Assembly (NCBI GenBank): GCA_964628355.1
Contig: CAZVNB010000029.1
Location: forward strand, 3,155-67,154
Origin: an uncultured Planctomycetia bacterium
GTDB lineage: Bacteria; Omnitrophota; Gorgyraeia; 2-02-FULL-51-18
Length of the DNA stretch: 64,000 nt
Direction of reading: 5' to 3'
Below the pieces are notes generated by a model. It ran no database searches. It had not been told where the DNA came from and saw nothing but the letters and a program-made list of their open reading frames with translations. The position numbers were made by a program, and so were the translations under genes. Shown here piece by piece: positions 48,639-59,371 of the stretch (within the stretch, counting starts at the first letter, position 1; every line of letters begins with the position of its first letter).

Positions 48639-49989
48639 AAAAGCGAAGGCGCCTTCGGTTACTTCGTGTGCCGCTCTGTTGCTGCTGGCAATTCTTGTGC
48701 CGCAGAATGCCGAAGCTTTTTCATTCTTCCAGAAAAAAAACTCGATTGTTGCAGTGGAGACGCCCGCCGTTCAACGTGAGCTGACTTTGCAGGATGCTTT
48801 CCGAAAAGCATTGAAACTCAGCGAGAGTGTCGCGATCACCGCTGAAGAAATGAATCAGGCGCAGGCAAGATTTTATCACGCATTTGATTATTTCTTGCCG
48901 AAGGTCAGTTTTCAAATGACGCGATTTTATCAGGACGTTGATAACGACAGCCCCGGCAGCGGCGGTTTTGGCAACTCCCAACGACCGAATACTCCTGAGA
49001 AAAAATTTGTTTTTTCACAGCCGCTGTTCAGCGGTTTTAAGGAACTTGCGTCCCTGCAGAGCACTGGAGCGGATAAAAAACAGCAAGCGTATGCCTGGCG
49101 GCGCGCCAAGGAATTACTTTTCGTGGACGTGATGGAGGCGTATTACACTGTGTTGCAAACCGAAAGTGATTTGCAGGTGCTTGAGTTCACACAGCAACTA
49201 TTGGCCAAGCGTCTTTCTGAACTTGAAGAAAGAGTAAAAAACGGGCGCTCCCGTGACAGTGAAAATAAGGAATCGTTTGCGGACTTAAAACTCATCGAAT
49301 CGGACCTGATCGGTGCCAAAAACCAGGTGCGCTTGGCCAGGAACTTATTGGAATTTTATCTCGGAGAGACTTTGCAGGGCTACCTGCTCAAAGATGATAA
49401 TGAAGCCGAGGCTGAGCCGGATATGACCGCTTTATTGGAAAAAGCGATCGCTCGCGCGGATGTGGTATCCGATGAGCAGGGGTACATCGTGGCGCAGAAA
49501 AAAGTAGTGGCGGCAGACGCGGACCTGTATCCCAAAATTTCTTTGGATGGAAATTATTATACGCAGCGGGTGGGATTTCAATCAGGCAACGACTGGGACA
49601 TGACGCTAACGTTTGACGTGCCCGTTTTTGAACTGGGACAAACCCTGGGGGATATCAAAGAGGCGACCTCCAATCGCGAAAAAGCGCGTCTTAAGTATCA
49701 GCTGACCCGGCGCATGTCCCAACTGGAGATTCGTGATGCGTTGGAAGAATGGCGATCAGCGCGCGCATCCCAAGAGGCGCTGGGGCAAGCGGATCAAGCT
49801 TCCAAGGAAAACTACGAGATACTAACCAAGGAGTACCGTTCCAATTTGGTGAATAATCTTGACGTGTTGGATTCCCTGCGTCGATATCAGGACGTGCAAC
49901 GCCGTTACCATGTGGCGCGGTACGCGGTGAAAAAAGATTATTGGAAATTGCGCGCGGCAGCGGGTGACGTGCCGGGAGTGGAAGCATGA
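48628..49989 (+). CDS. TolC-family outer membrane efflux protein
   Basis: It has a signal peptide and two OEP repeats with alpha-helical barrel heptads. It overlaps dedA by 11 nt. Confidence 0.75.
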   Translation: MKNKKAKAPSVTSCAALLLLAILVPQNAEAFSFFQKKNSIVAVETPAVQRELTLQDAFRKALKLSESVAITAEEMNQAQARFYHAFDYFLPKVSFQMTRFYQDVDNDSPGSGGFGNSQRPNTPEKKFVFSQPLFSGFKELASLQSTGADKKQQAYAWRRAKELLFVDVMEAYYTVLQTESDLQVLEFTQQLLAKRLSELEERVKNGRSRDSENKESFADLKLIESDLIGAKNQVRLARNLLEFYLGETLQGYLLKDDNEAEAEPDMTALLEKAIARADVVSDEQGYIVAQKKVVAADADLYPKISLDGNYYTQRVGFQSGNDWDMTLTFDVPVFELGQTLGDIKEATSNREKARLKYQLTRRMSQLEIRDALEEWRSARASQEALGQADQASKENYEILTKEYRSNLVNNLDVLDSLRRYQDVQRRYHVARYAVKKDYWKLRAAAGDVPGVEA

Positions 49990-52900
49990 CCTTATCCGAT
50001 ATTTCCATCAAAAACCCTGTTTTTGCCTGGATGTTGATGATGGGTATTTTCGTTTTCGGATGGATCGGTTTCACGCATCTGGGTGTCAGCCAGCTTCCCG
50101 ATGTGGACTTCCCAGTGGTGTCGGTGTCCATCACCTGGGAGGGCGCTGCTCCTGAAGTGATGGAAACGGAAGTTACGGATATTGTCGAGAATGCCATCAT
50201 GAGCGTGGAAGGCATCAAGGAAGTTACTTCCAATTCAAGCCAGGGATCCGCTCAGGTTACGATTGAATTCAATTTGAATCGCAATATCGACGCCGCACTG
50301 CAGGAAGTCCAGACCAAAATCGCGCAAGCGCAGAGAAATCTACCCAAGGACATCGATCCGCCCATTGTCACCAAGACCAACCCCGAAGACCAACCCATCA
50401 TGTGGCTGGCGTTGTCGGGAGACCGTCCCTTGAAAGATCTCACTCACTATGTGAATGACACGCTAAAAGATCAATTCACAACGGTTGCCGGCGTCGGGGA
50501 TGTGCGCCTGGGCGGGTTTGTCGACCCGAATTTAAGGGTGTGGCTGGACGCAAAAAAAATGCAGGCCAAAGAACTCACCGTCGAAGACGTGTTAGATGCA
50601 ATCAGTTCGCAGCACGCGGACCTTCCAGCGGGCTATATTGACACAGGTCTTGAGGAAATGAACGTGCGGGTTTACGGCGAGGCGGCCACCCCGGAAGAAT
50701 TTCAAAATATTATTATTCCCCAACGCGTGCGCGGGGGACCGGTCTGGAACAAATTGCAGATCGGCGATGTGGGCACCGTGGAGGACGGGTTGGCGGACAT
50801 TCGCCGTATTTCGCGAAGCTGGGGCAAATCAGCGATTGGTTTGGGAATTATTAAACAAAGGGGAACAAACGCCGTGGCCGTGGCCACTGCCGTCAAGCAG
50901 AAGGCCAAAGAATTGGAAAAGAATTTGCCGGCGGGAATGGTGTTGGCGCCCGTGTTCGACACGACACAGTTTATCAAAGACTCCGTCAACGAGCTGAAAT
51001 TCACGCTGGTTCTTTCAGTGATCTTGACTTCTCTTGTCTGCTTCTTTTTTCTTGGTTCTTGGAGTGCCACTGTCAACGTTTTATTGTCCATTCCCACCTC
51101 CATTTTGGGCGCATTTTTTGTGATCCATTTTTTGGGTTTTACGATCAACACATTTACGATGCTGGGGTTGTCATTGGTGATCGGCATCGTCGTGGACGAC
51201 GCCATCATGGTGCTCGAAAATATTTCGCGCTATCAGGAAAAAGGCCTCTCACGCGTGGAGGCTGCCATTGTCGGGGCGCGCGAAATCACGTTTGCGGCGC
51301 TGGCAGCGTCGATAGCCATTTTGGCGATTTTCGTGCCGGTCATTTTTATGGAAGGCACCATCGGCCGTTTCTTTTTTCAGTTCGGAGTCACCATTTCGGT
51401 GGCCATATTGTTTTCTTTGATCGAAGCTCTGACCATCACGCCCATGAGGTGCGCTCAATTTTTGGATGTGGGACATACCACCAAGCTCGGCAGGTTCGTG
51501 GATAAATTTATGACATGCTTGACCAAAAGTTATCGTTCCACGCTGATCTTTTTCTTGGACCATCGCAAAAAAGTGTTGTTCATCGCGACGCTTATTTTTA
51601 TTTCCTCGTTGGGGTTGACCAAGGTGCTTAAAAAAGAATTCGTTCCCTCGCAAGACCAAAGCCGTTATTTGGTGCGCATCATGCTGCCTTTGGGAACGTC
51701 GCTGGAAAAAACGGACGCTCTCTTCAAACAGGCCGAAGCTTTGTTGATGAAGGAGCCGGAAATAAAGAATTATTATGCCGCGGTGGGCGGGTTCAGCGGA
51801 GGCCAGGTCAATACCGGGTTTATTTTCATCACGATGAAATCCATCAAACAGCGTCCCGTATTGCATGGACATCGCATGACCCAGCAGGAATCCATGCAAA
51901 AAGTTCGCAAAAAATTCAGCGAGCTTCCCGGCGTGGATCGCATCATCATTCAGGACCTGTCTCTTTCAGGATTCAGCGCGCAACGGGGCTTTCCCATCGA
52001 ATTTACTGTGCGCGGACCGGATTGGGAAAAGCTGGGCGAATACGGCAAAGAAATAATGAAACAAATGAAAGACACCAAGCTAATGACCGATATCGATACC
52101 GATTTTCAATTGGGGATGCCGGAGTTGCAGGTGCATCCGGACCGTCAGAAAGCCGCGGATCACGGGATCAGCATTCACTCCATCGTGGACACAATTAACT
52201 CGATGGTGGGCGGTATCCGCAGCGGTAAGTTCACCAGTCACGGAAAACGTTATGACATCCGCGTGCGCTTAGGCGAGGCCGACCGTGCCAATCCCAAGGA
52301 TATTGAAAACATGCAGGTGCGCAACCAGCACGGGGAAGTCGTGCCCTTGGTCGAAGTGATGACCTCCGAGATCAAGCCGACCTTGTTTTCAATCACTCGT
52401 AAAAACAGAGAACGCGCTATCAGCATTTACGCCAATCCGTCTCAGGGACATTCTCAACAGGAAGCGCTGGATGCGGTGCTGAAGATCGCGAAAAAAGTTC
52501 TTCCTAATGATTACCACGCTGTTTTTTCTGGAGGTTCCCAGGCTTTTAAGGAATCCAACAAAAGTATGGTGTTCGCACTGATCCTGGGTATTTTCGTGGC
52601 TTATATGGTGTTGGCAACGCAATTTAACAGCTTTGTGCATCCGGTGACCGTGCTGCTGGCTTTGCCTTTCAGCGTAACTGGCGCTTTTTTGGCGCTTTTT
52701 ATCAGCCACAAGTCGCTCAATCTTTACAGCATGATCGGCTTGATACTTCTGATGGGCATAGTCAAAAAAAACTCCATTCTCCTTGTTGATTTTACCAACG
52801 ACAGACGCAGAAAGGGAATGAACGTGAAACAGGCGCTTTTGGACGCTTGTCCGGTGCGTTTGAGGCCGATTTTGATGACTTCGGTCGCGACGATTGCAGC

Positions 52901-53075
52901 CGCTATTCCGGTAGCTATCGCGGTGGGCCCCGGCTCTGAAACAATGGCGCCCATGGCCATCGCCGTCGTCGGAGGGGTGACTTTTTCGACGATATTGACC
53001 CTCTTTGTTGTTCCGTGCGCCTATGAATTATTTTCCAAGCTCGAGCGCCAATCGTATATAATTCCACCCATATGA
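49986..53075 (+). CDS. RND efflux transporter (AcrB/HAE1 family)
   Basis: It is 1029 aa with 12 TM helices and two large periplasmic loops. The N-terminus is MTLSDISIKNPVFAWMLMMGIFVFG. Confidence 0.85.
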   Translation: MTLSDISIKNPVFAWMLMMGIFVFGWIGFTHLGVSQLPDVDFPVVSVSITWEGAAPEVMETEVTDIVENAIMSVEGIKEVTSNSSQGSAQVTIEFNLNRNIDAALQEVQTKIAQAQRNLPKDIDPPIVTKTNPEDQPIMWLALSGDRPLKDLTHYVNDTLKDQFTTVAGVGDVRLGGFVDPNLRVWLDAKKMQAKELTVEDVLDAISSQHADLPAGYIDTGLEEMNVRVYGEAATPEEFQNIIIPQRVRGGPVWNKLQIGDVGTVEDGLADIRRISRSWGKSAIGLGIIKQRGTNAVAVATAVKQKAKELEKNLPAGMVLAPVFDTTQFIKDSVNELKFTLVLSVILTSLVCFFFLGSWSATVNVLLSIPTSILGAFFVIHFLGFTINTFTMLGLSLVIGIVVDDAIMVLENISRYQEKGLSRVEAAIVGAREITFAALAASIAILAIFVPVIFMEGTIGRFFFQFGVTISVAILFSLIEALTITPMRCAQFLDVGHTTKLGRFVDKFMTCLTKSYRSTLIFFLDHRKKVLFIATLIFISSLGLTKVLKKEFVPSQDQSRYLVRIMLPLGTSLEKTDALFKQAEALLMKEPEIKNYYAAVGGFSGGQVNTGFIFITMKSIKQRPVLHGHRMTQQESMQKVRKKFSELPGVDRIIIQDLSLSGFSAQRGFPIEFTVRGPDWEKLGEYGKEIMKQMKDTKLMTDIDTDFQLGMPELQVHPDRQKAADHGISIHSIVDTINSMVGGIRSGKFTSHGKRYDIRVRLGEADRANPKDIENMQVRNQHGEVVPLVEVMTSEIKPTLFSITRKNRERAISIYANPSQGHSQQEALDAVLKIAKKVLPNDYHAVFSGGSQAFKESNKSMVFALILGIFVAYMVLATQFNSFVHPVTVLLALPFSVTGAFLALFISHKSLNLYSMIGLILLMGIVKKNSILLVDFTNDRRRKGMNVKQALLDACPVRLRPILMTSVATIAAAIPVAIAVGPGSETMAPMAIAVVGGVTFSTILTLFVVPCAYELFSKLERQSYIIPPI

Positions 53076-53692
53076 GTCCTCTTATTTGTTGCCTTGATTT
53101 GGAAGGAGTGCTGGTGCCCGAGATTTGGATCAAAGTCTCGGAAAAAACAAAGATCCCAGCTTTGAAGCTCACCACACGCGACCTCCCCGATTATGATGCC
53201 TTGATGAAACGCCGCTTGCTGATCTTGCGCGAACACAAAATTCGCCTGGCCGACATTCAAACGATCATTTCAACCATCGACCCTTTGCCGGGCGCCAAAA
53301 AATTTCTGGACACGCTGAGAAAACATTCGCAGGCCGTTATTCTGTCGGACACCTACTACGAATTTGCAATGCCGCTAATGGAAAAACTCGGACGACCGAC
53401 ACTTTTTTGCAATAACCTGATCGTGGACGCAAGAGGTTTTATTTCCGGCTACCGCCTGCGTCAAAAAAACGGCAAAGAAAAAGCGGTGTTGGCGTTGAGG
53501 GGCATCGGTTTTCGGGTGCACGCGGCCGGGGATTCGTATAACGATATTGCCATGCTCAAAGCCGCCCAGCGCGGAGTGTTGTTTGATCCACCCGCCAATA
53601 TCGTCAAAGAATTTCCCGGATTCAAGGTGGCCAAGAATTACAAACAGTTGTTGGCCGAGCTTGAGAGCCTGCTAACTTTTGGCTACGCGTAG
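53072..53692 (+). CDS. thrH: Bifunctional phosphoserine phosphatase / homoserine phosphotransferase ThrH-like HAD hydrolase
   Basis: It is near-collinear with Pseudomonas ThrH as recalled from memory (CLDLEGVLVPEIW...ATTRD.PDYD.LM..RL.IL...LGDIQ...VILSDT(F/Y)YEF..PLM..LG.PTL(L/F)C..L.). Confidence 0.7.
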   Translation: MSPLICCLDLEGVLVPEIWIKVSEKTKIPALKLTTRDLPDYDALMKRRLLILREHKIRLADIQTIISTIDPLPGAKKFLDTLRKHSQAVILSDTYYEFAMPLMEKLGRPTLFCNNLIVDARGFISGYRLRQKNGKEKAVLALRGIGFRVHAAGDSYNDIAMLKAAQRGVLFDPPANIVKEFPGFKVAKNYKQLLAELESLLTFGYA

Positions 53693-54473
53693 GTCTAAAA
53701 AAATTCGTATTCTGTCTTGGAACGTCAACGGTCTTCGCGCCATTCTCAAAAAAGATTTTCTGGCTTGGTTTAAAAAAGAGTCGCCGGATATTCTTTGTCT
53801 TCAGGAAATCAAAGCGCTGGCCCAGCAGCTGCCTCCCGATGTGTTGCGATTTCCCGGTTATGACGTTCAAATCAATGCCGCCGTGCGTCCGGGTTACAGC
53901 GGGGTTGCGACTTTTTCGAAACAAACGCCTCTGTCGGTCAAAAAAGGATTTGGTTTTCAGCGCTTTGACAACGAAGGACGAATTCTTGAAACGGAATATC
54001 CCGAATTCACTTTGCTAAATATTTATTTTCCCAATGGAAAAAGCGGGGATGAACGCCTTAAATATAAAATGGATTTTTATGAGCAGGCGCTCGAGTATTT
54101 TTTGAAGTTAAGAAAAAAAGGCAAAAAACTGGTTATAAGCGGCGATGTCAATACGGCGCATCAGGCGATTGATTTGGCGCATCCCAAGGCAAATGAAAAA
54201 ATTTCAGGTTTTCTGCCTATGGAACGAGAATGGATGGACCAATGGGTGTCCAAAGGTTTTATCGACACTTTCCGCGTTTTCCATCAGGAGGCCAATCAGT
54301 ACTCTTGGTGGGACCAGCGCACACGCGCCCGCGAGAGAAATATCGGTTGGAGAATTGATTATCATTTCATATCCGAAGACCTGCGCCCCTGCCTGGACGA
54401 GGCGTTCATTATGGGGCAGGTGATGGGGTCGGATCATTGCCCCGTGGGGATTACCTTAAAGGTTATCTCGTAA
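53679..54473 (+). CDS. xth: Exodeoxyribonuclease III (AP endonuclease)
   Basis: It has ILSWNVNGLRA, QE.K and the GSDHCPV C-terminus. A TTG start is inferred. Confidence 0.85.
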   Translation: MATRRSKKIRILSWNVNGLRAILKKDFLAWFKKESPDILCLQEIKALAQQLPPDVLRFPGYDVQINAAVRPGYSGVATFSKQTPLSVKKGFGFQRFDNEGRILETEYPEFTLLNIYFPNGKSGDERLKYKMDFYEQALEYFLKLRKKGKKLVISGDVNTAHQAIDLAHPKANEKISGFLPMEREWMDQWVSKGFIDTFRVFHQEANQYSWWDQRTRARERNIGWRIDYHFISEDLRPCLDEAFIMGQVMGSDHCPVGITLKVIS

Positions 54474-54595
54474 TCTATTTGTAACAATTTTGAAAATGTG
54501 TTGTCATGCGTTTCGAGTATCCTGTGGCAACATTTGGTTGACAGCGGGAAAACGAAGGAGTAGGTTAGAAATCTATTGAAAAGGAAGGAAAACCC

Positions 54596-56770
54596 ATGGC
54601 AGCAATCCAAGAAGTGGCAAGAATTATCGGTTCCAACGGAGATAGGACAATGAAGGAAAGAGCGGTCAAGGAGTCGAGTTTAGCCAAAATTTTTGCTTCG
54701 AATGTGTTCAATGACAGGACGATGAAAGAAAGACTTCCCAAAGACACTTACCGGGCGCTGCGCGAGACCATCGATCGTGGAGCCATGCTCACATTGGATG
54801 TTGCCAACGTCGTGGCTAATGCCATGAAAGATTGGGCAATTGAAAAGGGCGCGACGCATTACACGCATTGGTTTCAACCGCTCACCAACCGAACCGCTGA
54901 AAAACATGATTCGTTTATTTCGCCGACGGCCGATGGTGGCGTGGTGATGGAGTTTTCAGGCAAACAATTGATTCAGGGAGAACCGGACGCTTCCTCGTTT
55001 CCCAGCGGCGGCCTGCGCACAACTTTTGAAGCGCGCGGTTACACGGCCTGGGATTGCACGTCACCGGCTTTTTTAAAAGAAGATGCCTCTGGCAACGTGA
55101 CGCTTTGCATTCCGACGGCATTTTGTTCTTACACGGGCGAAGCGCTGGATAAGAAAACCCCACTTTTACGTTCCATGGAAGCGGTATCCAAACAAGCACT
55201 CCGCGTATTGCGCGCTTTGGGCAACAAAGTCGCGCATCGCGTGACCTCAACGGTTGGACCCGAGCAGGAGTATTTTCTGATCGATAAGAAATATTATGAT
55301 CAACGTATCGACCTAATTGCTTCGGGACGCACGCTTTTTGGCGCGCCGGCGCCAAAAGGACAAGAGCTGGAAGACCAATACTTCGGCGCAATCAAGGACC
55401 GTATTTCCGCGTTCATGAAAGATTTGGATACGGAGCTGTGGAAAATGGGTGTGTTGGCCAAAACTAAGCACAACGAAGTGGCGCCGGCGCAGTATGAAAT
55501 GGCGCCGATTTTCTCGACGACGAACATTGCCGCTGACCACAACCAGTTAGTGATGGAAACTATGCAAAAAGTAGCGCTGCGCCATGAGTTGGTTTGCCTG
55601 CTGCATGAAAAGCCATTTGCGGGTATCAATGGCTCCGGAAAGCACAACAATTGGTCTTTAGCAACAGATGATGGGGTGAATTTGCTTGAGCCGGGAAAAA
55701 CTCCGCATGACAATGAGCAGTTTTTGGTATTCTTATCGGCTCTGATCATCGCCGTCGATCGACACGCCGATAAACTGAGAGCCGGCGCGGCCAATACCGG
55801 CAATGACCTGCGCTTAGGGGCTAACGAGGCGCCTCCGGCCATTATCTCCATTTTTATGGGAGAGGAGCTCACGGATATTTTGAATGCGCTTGGTAAAGGC
55901 AAGCAGGCTGCTTCCAAGGGTCAACACTTTTTGCATATCGGCGTGGATTCATTGCCGAAATTGCCAAAAGACAATACGGACCGAAACCGCACGTCGCCGT
56001 TTGCGTTCACCGGTAACAAGTTTGAATTCCGTATGGTGCCGTCTTCGGCATCGATTTCGGGCCCCAACACCGTGCTCAACACGATCGTGGCCGAAGCGCT
56101 GGATGAAATCGCCACGCGTCTGGAAAAAGCCAAGGACATCAACAAAGAGTGCTCGGCGATCATTCGCGATGCGGTGCAAAAGCACGGGCGTGTTATTTTT
56201 AACGGAAATAACTATTCCGACGAATGGGTCAAAGAGGCCAAGAAACGGGGCATTCCGAATATCCGGTCGACGGTGGATGCCTTGGCGGCCATGGCAACTC
56301 CCGAAGCGGAGAAATTGTTCTCCAAATACAAAGTACTGACCAAGGAAGAGCTTCATTCTCGCTACGAAATTTACCTCGAGCAGTACGCGAAGAACATCAA
56401 TATCGAAGCGCTCGCTTCTGTGGACATGGTCCGCAAGCAGTTCATCCCAACCGTGATTCAGTACACCTCGCAATTGGCGCAGACTATTGGGAGCCTTAAG
56501 GCGATTTCGGCGCCCGCGACCGTGCAAAAGGAACTGTTGACCAAGATATCAGCGCTTTTGGACTCCGCGAATACCCAAGTGGCTGATCTTGAAACAATCA
56601 CCAAGAAAGCTCAAGGCACGCACGAAGCCAAGCAGCGTGCCATTGTTTATCGCGATAAAGTGGTGCCCGCGATGAACGCTCTGCGGCAGGACATCGATGC
56701 GCTGGAAGGCTTGATTCCCAGCCAGCTGTGGCCGGTTCCGAACTACGCAGACATGCTGTTCAAGCTCTAA
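54596..56770 (+). CDS. glnN: Glutamine synthetase type III
   Basis: It is 724 aa, with a GSIII-specific N-terminus and a catalytic core [18 protein letters not shown]. Confidence 0.8.
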   Translation: MAAIQEVARIIGSNGDRTMKERAVKESSLAKIFASNVFNDRTMKERLPKDTYRALRETIDRGAMLTLDVANVVANAMKDWAIEKGATHYTHWFQPLTNRTAEKHDSFISPTADGGVVMEFSGKQLIQGEPDASSFPSGGLRTTFEARGYTAWDCTSPAFLKEDASGNVTLCIPTAFCSYTGEALDKKTPLLRSMEAVSKQALRVLRALGNKVAHRVTSTVGPEQEYFLIDKKYYDQRIDLIASGRTLFGAPAPKGQELEDQYFGAIKDRISAFMKDLDTELWKMGVLAKTKHNEVAPAQYEMAPIFSTTNIAADHNQLVMETMQKVALRHELVCLLHEKPFAGINGSGKHNNWSLATDDGVNLLEPGKTPHDNEQFLVFLSALIIAVDRHADKLRAGAANTGNDLRLGANEAPPAIISIFMGEELTDILNALGKGKQAASKGQHFLHIGVDSLPKLPKDNTDRNRTSPFAFTGNKFEFRMVPSSASISGPNTVLNTIVAEALDEIATRLEKAKDINKECSAIIRDAVQKHGRVIFNGNNYSDEWVKEAKKRGIPNIRSTVDALAAMATPEAEKLFSKYKVLTKEELHSRYEIYLEQYAKNINIEALASVDMVRKQFIPTVIQYTSQLAQTIGSLKAISAPATVQKELLTKISALLDSANTQVADLETITKKAQGTHEAKQRAIVYRDKVVPAMNALRQDIDALEGLIPSQLWPVPNYADMLFKL

Positions 56771-56787
56771 AATAGAAATAAATAAAG

Positions 56788-56842
56788 AAAACCCCGCCCA
56801 TTCCAATGATTCGTCGCAACTTAAGTGCGCGGGGTTTTTTGC
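56788..56842 (+). terminator. Candidate rho-independent terminator after glnN
   Basis: AAAACCCCGC is followed by a ~31-nt loop and GCGGGGTTTTTTG. The loop is large, so this is a moderate call. Confidence 0.45.
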
Positions 56843-56843
56843 T

Positions 56844-56872
56844 TTCACTTTTTAAAACTCTTGAGTTATAAT
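56844..56872 (+). promoter_or_regulatory. Candidate sigma70-type promoter for the ROK operon
   Basis: TTCACT is followed by a 17-nt spacer and TATAAT (56867-56872). Confidence 0.4.
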
Positions 56873-56916
56873 CCAGCAAGCTCTGCTAAGTTATGTTAAA
56901 ACGATGAAAGGGGCCA

Positions 56917-58143
56917 ATGGCCTATCGGTCGCTTTATAAATCCGATCACCTCACGGATCGGGAGCGAAAAAATATCATTCTTTTGGATGTCATCCGTAGA
57001 AATGGCCCCATCGCTAAAACCGATATCTCTCGCATCACGCAATTCAATATCGTCACCGTTTCCAATTACGTCGAACATTACATTGACCAGAAGTTAGTCG
57101 TTGAAAAGGGCCTGGATATTTCCAGCGGCGGTCGTCGCCCGGAATTGGTCGAGCTCAACTCCGATTGGGGAAACATCATTGGCGTAGAAATTGGCCCCAC
57201 ACATCTGATCGGAATTATTTCTAATCTAAGTCCTGCCATTATTCACAAAGTTAAAATAGTGCGTCCGTCGGGGCACATGGAAGTGGTGATCGCGGAAGCC
57301 GTGAAATTGGTTCGCCGCATTTTGCAGGAGTCAAAAATTCCTATCGAGAAAATCAAGGGGATCGGTCTTGGCGTGTGCGGCGTGATCGACCGGAGTGCGG
57401 GTACGATTCGGGACACCGATCCCTTGCGCGGAAAAACAGTCGGCAGTTTTGCAACGGCCAAGGGAATTTTGGAAAAAGAGTTCCGCATCCCGGTTTCGGT
57501 CGGAAACGACGCGTCCCTTGCAGCGCTTGCGGAAAAAAAACTCAGCCTTCGTATTGACGATGAAAACGTGCTCTATTTTTATTCGGATGTGGGCGGAGGC
57601 ATCATTGTGAATAACGATCTTTTTTGGGGTTCCAGTTGGTCGGCCGGAGAAATTCAGCTGAATCTCGAGAATACCGAGGGACTTTCACTTGAACCTTGGG
57701 TGCAAACCACGGACTTTTTTCGCTCGGAGGGCTTGGACATGGGCTTGGCGCGGCGAGCCAAGGAGGCGGTGAAAAAAGATCCCAAGTCCAAATTATTGGA
57801 AATGGCGGGAAAGGAGCCTGAAAATATCGATGCCAGCGTCGTATTTGATGCGGCTAAGCGAGGCGATGCTCTGGCTATCAGTTTAGTGGGAGAGGCGGGC
57901 GCGCGATTGGGACTCAAGGTAGCTTACCTTACAAATTTTTTCAACCCCGAAGTGGTGGTGTTGGGCGGCGGGATGGAACGTGGAGGAGAAATCGTGCTGA
58001 ACACGGTGCGCCGCGTGGTAAAACAATTGGCGATGGAAGAGGCTTCCGGCATTGTCAAGATTATTTTGTCGCGTTTGGGTGAGGACGCGGTGGCCTACGG
58101 CGCCGTCTGCCTGGTCACTCAGGAATTATTCGCGGAGGTATGA
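56917..58143 (+). CDS. ROK family transcriptional regulator (NagC/XylR-like), paralog 1
   Basis: An N-terminal wHTH (LLDVIRRNGPIAKTDISRITQFNIVTVSNYVEHYIDQKLV) is followed by an ASKHA sugar-kinase-like fold. The canonical ROK Cys-x-Cys-Gly zinc motif is not evident. Confidence 0.7.
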   Translation: MAYRSLYKSDHLTDRERKNIILLDVIRRNGPIAKTDISRITQFNIVTVSNYVEHYIDQKLVVEKGLDISSGGRRPELVELNSDWGNIIGVEIGPTHLIGIISNLSPAIIHKVKIVRPSGHMEVVIAEAVKLVRRILQESKIPIEKIKGIGLGVCGVIDRSAGTIRDTDPLRGKTVGSFATAKGILEKEFRIPVSVGNDASLAALAEKKLSLRIDDENVLYFYSDVGGGIIVNNDLFWGSSWSAGEIQLNLENTEGLSLEPWVQTTDFFRSEGLDMGLARRAKEAVKKDPKSKLLEMAGKEPENIDASVVFDAAKRGDALAISLVGEAGARLGLKVAYLTNFFNPEVVVLGGGMERGGEIVLNTVRRVVKQLAMEEASGIVKIILSRLGEDAVAYGAVCLVTQELFAEV

Positions 58144-59369
58144 TGGGAATGGTGATTTCAAAACGGCGCTTGCTGGATCAAGTCGAGCTGAACGATCACG
58201 AGAAGAAAAATCTGCAGATTTTGGATACGATCCGGAAAAAAGGCCCCATTTCGCGCGCTGAGATCTCGCGCTTAATCGGACTGAATATTGTGACCGTCAC
58301 CAGCTATGTGGATCAATACATCAAAAAAGGCGTGATCGAAGAAGCCGGGATCGATGTTTCCAGTGGGGGCCGTAAGCCGACCCTGGTGGATTTGAATCCC
58401 AGCGTGGTGTACCTGATCGGCGTGGGGCTCAACATCGTAGACATGATAGCGGTTCTTTGTAATTTGAAAGGCGATATCGTTTACAGCGTGAAAAAAGAAC
58501 GCCCCAATATGTCAGGCGAGGCGCTGGTTCACCAGATGGTAGACTTGGTGGAGGAGCTCATCGTAGCGTCGAAAGTAGACACCGAAAAAGTGCAGGGGAT
58601 CGGTATCGGCATTCCGGGTATTTTCAACCGTGAAACCAGCTCCGTGCGTTGGCCCGCGGGTCTTTTAGAAGGAGATCTTTCGATCCGGGTTTCAATTCAA
58701 GGAATTTTCGAGGAAAAATTTCAGATTCCGACGCTGGTGGATAACGATGCCAATGCGGCCGTGTTTGGGGAAGATTGGTATGGAAAAGGTCTTGGCACAC
58801 AACACGGAATTTATCTTTATTCTGACAACGGCTGCGGTTTTTTAATTAATGGACAGATTTACCGTGGAGCAACCGGTTGCGCCGGGGAGTGGCTGTTTGA
58901 AGAAGACCAGAACCCCCTCGGCACATCGATGCGCGTGTACAAATCCGGTCAGAAGAGCGCTGATCTTGGCATCACGCTCAGTGCGCAGCAGAGCCAAAAG
59001 GAAAACCCTTCTTCCAAAATTTATCAACTCGTAAAGCAGGACACCGAAAAAATCAATATTCTCACCGTGGTGATGGCCGCAGGAATGGGAGATGAGCTTG
59101 CCAATCGTATTTTGAAGGACGCCGGCAAGCGTTTGGGCCGCAAAGCGGCTCTGTTGGTGAATTTGTTCAATCCGGAAATTATTGTCGTCGGCGGGGGCGT
59201 GGAAGTGGCCGGTGCGCCTTTTTTGGATGCGCTGCGCGATACGGTCAAGCAGATTTCGATTCCCGAAGCAACGAGCAAGCTGCGCATTGTTCCTTCCTCA
59301 CTGGGAGAAAACGGTGTTCCGGTCGGCGCTGCGGCGTTTGTTGCCCAAAATTATTTTATCAGCGTTTAG
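58140..59369 (+). CDS. ROK family transcriptional regulator, paralog 2
   Basis: It has the same architecture (ILDTIRKKGPISRAEISRLIGLNIVTVTSYVDQYIKKGVI). It is coupled to paralog 1 by an ATGA overlap. Confidence 0.7.
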   Translation: MMGMVISKRRLLDQVELNDHEKKNLQILDTIRKKGPISRAEISRLIGLNIVTVTSYVDQYIKKGVIEEAGIDVSSGGRKPTLVDLNPSVVYLIGVGLNIVDMIAVLCNLKGDIVYSVKKERPNMSGEALVHQMVDLVEELIVASKVDTEKVQGIGIGIPGIFNRETSSVRWPAGLLEGDLSIRVSIQGIFEEKFQIPTLVDNDANAAVFGEDWYGKGLGTQHGIYLYSDNGCGFLINGQIYRGATGCAGEWLFEEDQNPLGTSMRVYKSGQKSADLGITLSAQQSQKENPSSKIYQLVKQDTEKINILTVVMAAGMGDELANRILKDAGKRLGRKAALLVNLFNPEIIVVGGGVEVAGAPFLDALRDTVKQISIPEATSKLRIVPSSLGENGVPVGAAAFVAQNYFISV

Positions 59370-59371
59370 CC

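Noticed and set aside
54520-54560. A sigma54 promoter (TGGCA-N-TTGA) upstream of glnN.
   Set aside because: The -12 element lacks the conserved GC, and there is no adjacent NtrC-type enhancer pair. It is kept only as a weak remark.
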